From positions 7,688,001 through 7,752,000 of the forward strand of contig OZ024746.1 in assembly GCA_964016885.1 (NCBI GenBank): 64,000 nt of DNA, given 5' to 3'. Source of the DNA: Eledone cirrhosa. Taxonomy: Eukaryota. The notes under the pieces were generated by a model. The model worked only from the letters and a program-made list of their open reading frames with translations. It was not told the DNA's origin and searched no databases. Position numbers and translations under genes: made by a program. Of this stretch, positions 52,686-64,000 are shown in pieces (position 1 is the first letter of the stretch; each line of letters opens with the position of its first letter).

Positions 52686-53510
52686 ATCATCATCATCATC
52701 AATGTTTAACGTCCGTGTTCCACGCTTGCATGGGTTTGGACGGGGGTTTTCCCACTTGAGGCAAGAGTGATTGTCTTGCTCGCATAGGACTGTCTGGCAG
52801 GTTTTCTACAGTTGGATGCCCTTCCTAACACCAACCACATTTACAGTGTGGGTCTGGGAGGTTTTTACCGTGTTGCCTACACGGCCACATTACAGCGTGG
52901 ACTGTGTGTTTTTTTGTCGTGACACCTACACGATCTCATTTGTTTCGGCCTGGATGGCGCGGCACCAACATAACTTTACATAGAAGGGGGCGGTGTGAAT
53001 GGGGTGGGGGTGGTGGGACGGGGTGTATTTTGTTAGAGATGCCTACTGACTGTAGTAGGTTTTACTTTGTATTTAGGTAAGGCGGGTCTTCTCTATTACT
53101 GAGTACCGCCAAAGGTCTCGGTCCAGTGACATTGTCTTGGTGAGGTGTAAGTGTGTGAGGTCGGAGTTTATCAGCTCGTCCCAGGTTTTTCTGGGTCTGC
53201 CTATTCCGTGGCTACCGTCTATCTTTATTGCCCTGCACTTTGTTATACAGCTATCGTCCTTCATGCGCATCATGTGACCATACCAACGTAGCCTTCTCTC
53301 GAGTAGACAACATCTGATCCCTCTTATTTCTAATTTTTTCCTTAGTTCGTTTATGCTTTGTCGTTCACGTATATTACTATTACACATCCAGCGGAGCATG
53401 CAAGCTTCGTTTCTCTCTAGTCTGCGTATATCCTCTGCACACAATGCCCAGGTCTCACTGCCATGCAACATTGCTGTTCGTATGCAGGCATCGTACAACC
53501 TGCCTTTCAT
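52686..53510 (-). mobile_element. RTE LINE family 1, 5'-truncated, young
   Basis: ORF end nearly identical to 55368-55806, full 3' UTR and (GAT)n tail, flanked by (TA)n. Confidence 0.95.
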
Positions 53511-53539
53511 ATATATATATAAATATATATATATAAGTT

Positions 53540-53865
53540 GGAGGCACATGGCTTAGTGGATAGAGCATTGGCCTTGCAATCAAAAGGTTGTGAGTTCAAT
53601 TCTCAGACTAGGTGATGTGTTGTTTCCTTGAGCAAGACACTTTATTTCTCATTGCTCCAGTTTACTCAGCTGTAGAAATGAGATGATAGGGACTGGGGTC
53701 CATATCATTCCACTGCAAAGTGGTCGTGGAGGTGCCACAGAAAAAAGCACCTAGCACTCACTGTAAATGAGGTTGGTGTTAGGAAGGGCGTCCAGCTGTA
53801 GAAATCAAGCCAGAATCAATTCCCGTCCCACCCTTGCAAGCAGGGAAAATGAAATGAAATGATGA
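53540..53865 (+). mobile_element. CORE-like SINE family B with RTE-type tail
   Basis: Paralogue of 23012-23354; B-box GAGTTCAATTC. Confidence 0.88.
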
Positions 53866-53996
53866 TATATATATATAGTCACTTATATATTATGAAATAC
53901 TGTTGGCTTCACGCTCACAATAATTTCTATACTTTCATTTATATATTATATATATATACTGTATATAATATATATATAATATATATCTATCTATCT

Positions 53997-54172
53997 ATCT
54001 AAGGCGGGTAAAATTCCCGAGATCCATGGACGAGTTCTCTCCAGCGGTCTCTGTCCCTCATTATCGCTGCCATATCCTGCATCTCCAACAGACCAGTGTC
54101 TGTCCTTAGGGCATCAACATATGTTAACCTTGTCTTCCTCTTCTAGTGTGTCCATGTAGGGGCTCCCAAAGG
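53997..54172 (-). mobile_element. RTE-like family 2, 3' end
   Basis: Matches 24720-24880. Confidence 0.8.
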
Positions 54173-54180
54173 ATATATAT

Positions 54181-54585
54181 ATCATCATCATCATCTTCGT
54201 TTAACGTCCGTTTTCCACGCTAGCATGGGTTAGACGGAAGTTGTCCCACTTGAAGCAAGGCTGGTCGGGTGACCGTGTCTCGCTCATATAGGACTATCTG
54301 GCAGGTTTTCTACGGCTGGATGCCCTTCCTAACACCAACCACATTTACAGTGTGGAACTGGGAACTTTTTACCATGTTACCTACACGACCACATTACAGC
54401 GTCGACTGCGTGTGTTTTTTGTTGTGACACCTACACGATCTCATTTGTTTCGGACTGGATGTTGTGGTACCAACATAACTTTACATTGAAAGGGGTGGTG
54501 TGGATGGGATGGGGGTGTATTTTTGTTAGAGGTGCCAACTGACTGTAGGTTTCGCTTTGTACTTAGGCAAGACGGGTCTTCTGTA
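54181..54585 (-). mobile_element. RTE family 1 relative, 3' UTR only
   Basis: Homologous to 52686-53095. Confidence 0.85.
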
Positions 54586-54618
54586 TTATATATATATAAT
54601 ATATATATATATATTATA

Positions 54619-54698
<80 letters not shown>

Positions 54699-54901
54699 AA
54701 TGGAAAAAATGAAACAAAATTTCATTTTTACAAACAAACCGAGCATTATAATAAATGTTCGGTAAATCCATACGTACATATATATATGTGTGTGCACGTA
54801 TGTATATATATATACATACTACTGTACATCGTATACATACTTATATATATATAATATATATATATTTATATATATAAGTTATTCCGGGTTCAATTGGGAG
54901 T

Positions 54902-54966
<65 letters not shown>

Positions 54967-54970
<4 letters not shown>

Positions 54971-56311
54971 TAGTTTGTAGGAAAGAAAATAAGGCGGCGG
55001 TCCCATCGGGGAAATGGCCATGCTCAGTGTGTAGGAAAGGCGTAGGTAGAAACTCCATTTTATGTCCCAAATGCAAAGTATGGGTGCATAAAAGATGTAG
55101 TGGGATCACAGGTAAGCTAACTAAGAACATAGATTTTACATGTGGCCGGTGCTCTGGTGCAATAAGTAGCAGCAAGTGCCCACAAAATACTAGCTCCTTC
55201 AACTGCGCAGAGGGTTCTATAGAAATAGTGGACAGCTTCCGTTATCTGGGTGACAAAATCAGCAGTGGGGGAGGGTGCTCTGAAAGTACAGTAGCTAGAG
55301 TCAGAACTGGATGGAAAAAGTTCAGAGAGCTTATACCACTATTAGCCGCTAGAGGGTTCTCCCTAAAAATGAAAGGCAGGTTATACGATGCCTGCATACG
55401 AACAGCAATGCTGCATGGCAGTGAGACCTGGGCATTGTGTGCAGAGGATATACGCAGACTAGAGAGGAACGAAGCTTGCATGCTCCGCTGGATGTGCAAT
55501 AGTAATATACGTGAACGGCAAAGCATAAACGAACTAAGGAAAAAATTAGAAATAAGAGGGATCAGATGTTGTTTACTCGAGAGAAGGCTACGTTGGTACG
55601 GTCACGTGATGCGCATGAAAGACGACAGCTGTATAACAAAGTGCAGGGCAATAAAGATAGACGGTAGCCACGGAGTAGGCAGACCCAGAAAAACATGGGA
55701 CGAGCTGATAAATTCCGACCTCACACGCTTACACCTCTCCAAGACAATGTCACTGGACCGAGACCTTTGGCGGTACTCAGTAATAGAGAAGACCCGCCTT
55801 ACCTAAATACAAAGTAAAAACCTACTACAGTCAGTAGGCACCTCTATCAAAACACACCCCCGTCCCACCACCTCCACCCCACCCACACCGCCCCTTTCAA
55901 TGTAAAGTTATGTTGGTCCCACAACATCCAGGCCGAAACAAATGAGATCGTGTAGGTGTCACGACAAAAAACACACAGTCCACGCTGTAAATGTGGCCGT
56001 GTAGGCAACACGGTAAAAACCTCCCAGCCCCACACTGTAAATGTGGTTGGTGTTAGGAAGGGCATCCAGCTGTAGAAAACCCGCCAGACAGTCCACGCTG
56101 TAATGTGGCCGTGTAGGCAACACGGTAAAAACCTCCCAGCCCCACACTGTAAATGTGGTTGGTGTTAGGAAGGGCATCCAACTGTAGAAAACCCGCCAGA
56201 CAGTCCTATGCGAGCAAGACAACCACTCTTGCCTCAAGTGGGAAAACCCCCGTCCAAACCCATGCAAGCGTGGAACACGGACGCTAAACCTGATGATGAT
56301 GATGATGATGA

Positions 56312-56315
<4 letters not shown>
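54967..56315 (+). mobile_element. RTE LINE family 1, 5'-truncated, uninterrupted ORF2 C-terminus (54967-55806)
   Basis: WPCSVC..CPKC..WVHKRC..CGRC, FRYLG, MLHGSETW, RRLRWYGHVMR, GRPRKTW, DRDLWR; 3' UTR with an internal ~115-bp duplication; (GAT)n tail. Confidence 0.96.
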
Positions 56316-56347
<32 letters not shown>

Positions 56348-56409
56348 TATATATGAAAAGTAAATGGGTAAACAACACAGTGAAAATGGTTCGATATGGT
56401 ACAATGAAG

Positions 56410-56885
56410 ATATATATTAGTTTAATGCTTGATGTAGTAGGAAAGGAGTCTTAACGTTTCAGACGTTAGTCCTTTATCAGAAGATAGAGAAATAAAAGAA
56501 ATACAAAAATAGATGAGAAGAGACAAATTTATATATACATACATAAGGTGGTATGGGACATGTGATGTATATTGATGATGATTGTTGGGTGAAGAAGTTG
56601 CAGTGGAAGGAAGCTGCAGTAGAGGAAGACCAAGGAAGACCTGGACAGAAGTGGTTCAAAATGCTGAACCTCACAGAAGAGAGATGATGAGAGACCATAC
56701 TGCTGTTGATGATGATAATGGTAATGATTATAATGATGATGATGATATTTGTAGATATCTTATTATTTTTTCCCCATTCCTTCTTCACACTCTTTCTATT
56801 TTATCTTCTATTTCTAATTTTATCTTCTGGTGAAGGACAGGTAACTGAAACGTTAAGACACTTTTCAAGCATTAAACTAATATTT
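56410..56885. mobile_element. Inverted pair of Penelope-like tails with degenerate minimal hammerheads (56449-56484 minus; 56823-56858 plus) around an RTE fragment
   Basis: Both read TCTT-CTG(ATAA/GTGA)-AGGAC..CT-GAAACGTT-AAGAC..TCAAGCATTAAACTAATAT; same family as 23723-23758. Confidence 0.7.
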
Positions 56886-57039
56886 ATCACAGTCACATCT
56901 TCAGGATGTAGTGATTGCTGTTTATGACAGCCAAGGCCAATGTGATTGGTGTAGACATTACCGCACTAATTTGTATTTTCACCGTTAGATTTATACGTCA
57001 TCAGTCAGGTGTTGTTTATTGTTTGTGGCTAGTGTAGTT

Positions 57040-60000
57040 TATATGTGTGTATATATAGTTAAGCATTGTATTATATATAAGTGTGTATATATAGTTTAAC
57101 ATTGTATTCTGTGTGTGTATATATAGTTTAACATTGTATTCTGTGTGTGTATATGTAGTTTAACATTGTATTCGGTGTGTATATATAGTTTAACATTGTA
57201 TTCTGTGTGTGTATGTGTAGTTTAACATTGTATTCTGTGTGTGTATATGTAGTTTAACATTGTATTCTGTGTGTGTATATGTAGTTTAACATTGTATTCT
57301 GTGTGTGTATATGTAGTTTAACATTGTATTCTGTGTGTGTATATGTAGTTTAACATTGTATTCTGTGTGTGTATATGTAGTTTAACATTGTATTCTGTGT
57401 GTGTATATGTAGTTTAACATTGTATTCTGTGTGTGTATATGTAGTTTAACATTGTATTCTGTGTGTGTATATATAGTTTAACATTGTATTCTGTGTGTGT
57501 ATATATAGTTTAACATTGTATTCTGTGTGTGTATATATAGTTTAACATTGTATTCTGTGTGTGTATATAGTTTAATATTGTATTCTGTGTGTGTATAGGT
57601 AGTTTAACATTGTATTCTGTGTGTGTATATGTAGTTTAACATTGTATTCTGTGTGTGTATATGTAGTTTAACATTGTATTCTGTGTGTGTATATGTAGTT
57701 TAACATTGTATTCTGTGTGTGTATATGTAGTTTAACATTGTATTCTGTGTGTGTATATGTAGTTTAACATTGTATTCTGTGTGTGTATATGTAGTTTAAC
57801 ATTGTATTCTGTGTGTGTATATGTAGTTTAACATTGTATTCTGTGTGTGTATATGTAGTTTAACATTGTATTCTGTGTGTGTATATGTAGTTTAACATTG
57901 TATTCTGTGTGTGTATATGTAGTTTAACATTGTATTCTGTGTGTGTATATGTAGTTTAACATTGTATTCTGTGTGTGTATATATAGTTTAACATTGTATT
58001 CTGTGTGTGTATATGTAGTTTAATATTGTATTCTGTGTGTGTATATATAGTTTAACATTGTATTCTGTGTGTGTATATATAGTTTAACATTGTATTCTGT
58101 GTGTGTATATAGTTTAATATTGTATTCTGTGTGTATATATAGTTTAACATTGTATGCTGTGTGTGTATATATAGTTTAATATTGTATTCTGTCTGTATAT
58201 ATAGTTTAACATTGTATTCTGTGTGTATATATAGTTTAACATTGTATTCTGTGTGTGTATATATAGTTTAAGATTGTATTCTGTGTGTGTATATATAGTT
58301 TAACATTGTATTCTGTGTGTGTATATAGTTTAACATTGTATTCTGTGTGTGTATATGTAGTTTAACATTGTATTCTGTGTGTGTATATGTAGTTTAATAT
58401 TGTATTCTGTGTGTATATATAGTTTAACATTGTATTCTGTGTGTGTATATAGTTTAACATTGTATTCTGTGTGCGTGTGTGTTTATAGTTTAACATTGTA
58501 TATATGTGTGTGTGTGTATATAGTTTAACATTGTATTCTGTGTGTGTATATATAGTTTAATATTGTATTCTGTGTGTGTATATAGTTTAACATTGTATTC
58601 TGTGTGTGTATATGTAGTTTAACATTGTATTCTGTGTGTGTATATGTAGTTTAATATTGTATTCTGTGTGTATATATAGTTTAACATTGTATTCTGTGTG
58701 TATATATAGTTTAACATTGTATTCTGTGTGCGTGTGTGTTTATAGTTTAACATTGTATATATGTGTGTGTGTATATAGTTTAACATTGTATTCTGTGTGT
58801 GTATATATAGTTTAATATTGTATTCTGTGTGTGTATATATAGTTTAACATTGTATTCTGTGTGTGTATATATAGTTTAATATTTTATTCTGTGTGTGTAT
58901 ATATAGTTTAACATTGTATTCTGTGTGTATATATAGTTTAACATTGTATTCTGTGTGTGTATATGTAGTTTAACATTGTATTCTGTGTGTGTATATGTAG
59001 TTTAACATTGTATTCTGTGTGTGTATATATAGTTTAATATTGTATTCTGTGTGTGTATATATAGTTTAACATTGTATTCTGTGTGTGTATATATAGTTTA
59101 ATATTGTATTCTGTGTGTGTATATATAGTTTAACATTGTATTCTGTGTGTGTATATAGTTTAATATTGTATTCTGTGTGTGTATATATAGTTTAACGTTG
59201 TATTCTGTGTGTGTATATATAGTTTAACATTGTATTCTGTGTGTGTATATAGTTTAACATTGTATTCTGTGTGTGTATATAGTTTAATATTGTATTCTGT
59301 GTGTATATATAGTTTAAGATTGTATTCTGTGTGTGTATATATAGTTTAACATTGTATTCTGTGTGTGTATATAGTTTAACATTGTATTCTGTGTGTGTAT
59401 ATGTAGTTTAACATTGTATTCTGTGTGTGTATATGTAGTTTAATATTGTATTCTGTGTCTATATATAGTTTAACATTGTATTCTGTGTGTGTATATAGTT
59501 TAACATTGTATTCTGTGTGTGTATATATAGTTTAATATTGTGTTCTGTCTGTATATATAGTTTAACATTGTATTCTGTGTGTATATATAGTTTAACATTG
59601 TATTCTGTGTGTGTATATGTAGTTTAATATTGTATTCTGTGTGTGTATATGTAGTTTAACATTGTATTCTGTGTGTATATATAGTTTAACATTGTATTCT
59701 GTGTGTATATATAGTTTAACATTGTATTCTGTGTGTGTATATGTAGTTTAACATTGTATTCTGTGTGTGTATATGTAGTTTAACATTGTATTCTGTGTGT
59801 GTATATATAGTTTAATATTGTATTCTGTGTGTGTATATATAGTTTAACATTGTATTCTGTGTGTGTATATATAGTTTAATATTGTATTCTGTGTGTGTAT
59901 ATATAGTTTAACATTGTATTCTGTGTGTGTATATATAGTTTAATATTGTATTCTGTGTGTGTATATAGTTTAATATTGTATTCTGTGTGTATATATAGTT

Positions 60001-60630
60001 TAACATTGTATTCTGTGTGTGTATATATAGTTTAACATTGTATTCTGTGTGTGTATATAGTTTAACATTGTATTCTGTGTGTGTGTATATAGTTTAATAT
60101 TGTATTCTGTGTGTGTATATAGTTTAACATTGTATTCTGTGTGTGTGTGTATAGTTTAATATTGTATTCTGTGTGTGTATATAGTTTAACATTGTATTCT
60201 GTGTGTGTGTATATAGTTTAACATTGTATTCTGTGTGTGTATATATAGTTTAACATTGTATTCTGTGTGTGTATATAGTTTAACATTGTATTCTGTGTGT
60301 GTATATAGTTTAACATTGTATTCTGTGTGTGTGTATATAGTTTAATATTGTATTCTGTGTGTGTATATATAGTTTAATATTGTATTCTGTGTGTGTATAT
60401 ATAGTTTAACATTGTATTCTGTGTGTGTATATATAGTTTAACATTGTATTCTGTGTGTGTATATAGTTTAACATTGTATTCTGTGTGTGTATATAGTTTA
60501 ACATTGTATTCTGTGTGTGTGTATATAGTTTAATATTGTATTCTGTGTGTGTATATAGTTTAATATTGTATTCTGTGTGTGTATATAGTTTAATATTGTA
60601 TTCTGTGTGTGTATATGTAGTTTAACATTT
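57040..60630. repeat. Satellite, ~28-32 bp unit, about 120 copies
   Basis: AGTTTAACATTGTATTCTGTGTGTGTATAT(A/G)T. Confidence 0.98.
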
Positions 60631-60791
60631 TATTAGCTTGAGCAAGATGAAGGTCTAGAAGCATTGGTGTGTTTCCATATATATTTATGCTTGCAAGGGT
60701 GGGACGGGAACTGATTCTGGCTTGATTTCTACAGCTGGATGCCCTTCCTAACACCAACCTCATTTACAGTGAGTGCTGGGGGCTTTTTGCT

Positions 60792-62155
60792 ACACCACAC
60801 CACACCACACCACCACACCACACCACCACACCACCACACCACACCACCACACCACCACACCACTACACCACAACACCACACCACACCGCCACACCACCAC
60901 ACCACTACACCACCACACCACACCACACCACCACACCACACCACCACACCACACCACCACACCACCACACCACTACACCACCACACCACACCACACCACC
61001 ACACCACCACACCACTACACCACCACACCACACCACACCACCACACCACCACACCACTACACCACCACACCACACCACACCACCACACCACACCACCACA
61101 CCACACCACCACACCACCACACCACTACACCACCACACCACACCACACCACCACACCACCACACCACTACACCACACCACCACACCATACCACACCACAC
61201 CACCACACCACCACACCACACCACCACACCACCACACCACACCCCACACCACCAAACCACCACACCCCACACCACCACACCATACCACACCACCATCACA
61301 CCACCACCACCACCACCACCACCACCACACACCACCACCACACCACCACCACCACCACCACACCACCACCACCACCACCACCACCACCACCACCACCACC
61401 ACACACCACCACACACCACCACCACCACACACCACCACCACCACCACACCACCACCACCACACCACCACCACCACCACCACCACCACACACACCACACAC
61501 CACCACCACCACACACCACCACCACCACCACACACCACCACACACCACCACCACCACCACACACCACCACCACCACCACACCACCACCACACACCACCAC
61601 ACACCACCACCACCACACACCACCACCACCACCACCACACCACCACCACCACCACCACCACCATACACCGCCACACCCCACCAAACCACCCCACCCCACA
61701 CCACCACACCATACCACACCACCACCACACCACCACCACCACCACCACCACCACCACCACCACCACACACCACCACACACAACCACCACCACCACCACCA
61801 CCACCACACACCACCACACACCACCACCACCACCACCACCACACACCACCACACACCACCACCACCACACACCACCACCACCACCACACCACCACCACCA
61901 CCACACCACCACCACCACCACCACCACCACCACACACCACCACCACACCACCACCACCACCACCACACCACCACCACCACCACACACCACCACACACCAC
62001 CACCACCACACACCACCACCACCACACCACCACCACCACCACCACCACCACCACCACCACCACCACCACCACACACCACCACCACCACACACCACCACCA
62101 CCACCACCACACCACCACCACCACCACCACCACCACCACACACCACCACACCATC
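60792..62155. repeat. (CAC/CACCA)n low-complexity tract
   Basis: Direct inspection. Confidence 0.97.
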
Positions 62156-62268
62156 ATCAACATCAACAACACTACCATTAACAACAAAAACAACATAAAT
62201 AAAAAAGAAGAAAACAACCAATTTTCATGGAGTAAACAAAGCAACAGTAACAATTGTAATAAGTTAAC

Positions 62269-64000
62269 ATTAATATACCAATGATATACTATATTAATAT
62301 ACCAATGATATACTATATTAATATACCAATGATATACTATAGAGTACTAATGATATCATTCTTTCAATGATACTATGGAGTACTAATGATATCACACTTC
62401 CTTAATACTATAGAGTACTAATGATATCACACTTTCAATGATACTATGGAGTACTAATGATATCACACTTTCAATGATACTATGGAGTACTAATGATATC
62501 ACTCTTTCAATGATACTATGGAGTACTAATGATATCACACTTCCTTAATACTATGGAGTACTAATGATATCATTCTTTCAATGATACTATAGAGTACTAA
62601 TGATATCACACTTTCAATGATACTATGGAGTACTAATGATATCACACTTTCAATGATACTATGGAGTACTAATGATATCATTCTTTCAATGATACTATGG
62701 AGTACTAATGATATCACTCTTTCAATGATACTATGGAGTACTAATGATATCACACTTCCTTAATACTATGGAGTACTAATGATATCACACTTTCAATGAT
62801 ACTATGGAGTACTAATGATATCACACTTCCTTAATACTATAGAGTACTAATGATATCACACTTTCAATGATACTATGGAGTACTAATGATATCACACTTC
62901 CTTAATACTATGGAGTACTAATGATATCATTCTTTCAATGATACTATGGAGTACTAATGATATCACTCTTTCAATGATACTATGGAGTACTAATGATATC
63001 ACACTTTCTTAATACTATGGAGTACTAATGATATCACTCTTTCAATGATACTATGGAGTACTAATGATATCACACTTCCTTAATACTATGGAGTACTAAT
63101 GATATCACACTTTCAATGATACTATGGAGTACTAATGATATCACACTTCCTTAATACTATGGAGTACTAATGATATCATTCTTTCAATGATACTATGGAG
63201 TACTAATGATATCACACTTCCTTAATACTATGGAGTACTAATGATATCACACTTTCAATGATACTATGGAGTACTAATGATATCACACTTCCTTAATACT
63301 ATAGAGTACTAATGATATCACACTTTCAATGATACTATGGAGTACTAATGATATCACACTTCATTAATACTATGGAGTACTAATGATATCACACTTTCAA
63401 TGATACTATGGAGTACTAATGATATCACACTTCCTTAATACTATAGAGTACTAATGATATCACACTTTCAATGATACTATGGAGTACTAATGATATCACA
63501 CTTCATTAATACTATGGAGTACTAATGATATCACTCTTTCAATGATACTATGGAGTACTAATGATATCACTCTTTCAATGATACTATGGAGTACTAATGA
63601 TATCACACTTCCTTAATACTATGGAGTACTAATGATATCACACTTTCAATGATACTATGGAGTACTAATGATATCACACTTCCTTAATACTATGGAGTAC
63701 TAATGATATCACTCTTTCAATGATACTATGGAGTACTAATGATATCACACTTCCTTAATACTATGGAATACTAATGATATCACTCTTTCAATGATACTAT
63801 GGAGTACTAATGATATCACTCTTTCAATGATACTATGGAGTACTAATGATATCACACTTTCAATGATACTATGGAGTACTAATGATATCACACTTTCAAT
63901 AATACTATGGAGTACTAATGATATCACTCTTTCAATGATACTATGGAGTACTAATGATATCACACTTTCAATGATACTATGGAGTACTAATGATATCACA
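62269..64000. repeat. Satellite, 35/36-bp units, running off the window end
   Basis: GGAGTACTAATGATATCACACTTTCAATGATACTAT and GGAGTACTAATGATATCACACTTCCTTAATACTAT; preceded by three 24-bp units. Confidence 0.98.

Noticed and set aside
57040-64000. Telomeric repeats or CRISPR array
   Set aside because: No TTAGGG arrays; units are contiguous without unique spacers

Overview
AT-rich, repeat-saturated eukaryotic non-coding DNA, most likely intronic or intergenic sequence from an octopod cephalopod (inferred from recognisable octopus-type SINE and RTE families, not from a search). No intact host protein-coding gene is recognisable, and almost all long ORFs in the track are artefacts of micro- or minisatellites. 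Contents: a 5'-truncated CR1-type LINE; several RTE LINE families, including a young copy with a PHD-like finger; three tRNA-derived SINE families; a near-complete DD37D (maT) Tc1/mariner element; a hAT-Charlie fossil; non-autonomous Helitrons; piggyBac-, hAT- and mariner-like MITEs; many (TA)n, (CAC)n and (CAA)n tracts; and about 7 kb of satellites at the right end. The main hidden signal is a set of about 9 type I hammerhead-ribozyme motifs from at least 5 sequence families, carried on tiny Penelope/retrozyme-like remnants. Several of these are fold-back pairs whose turnaround lies at the ribozyme. Also notable are a perfect 70-bp-arm hairpin, a tandem array of Pol III SINE heads and a large RTE inverted repeat.
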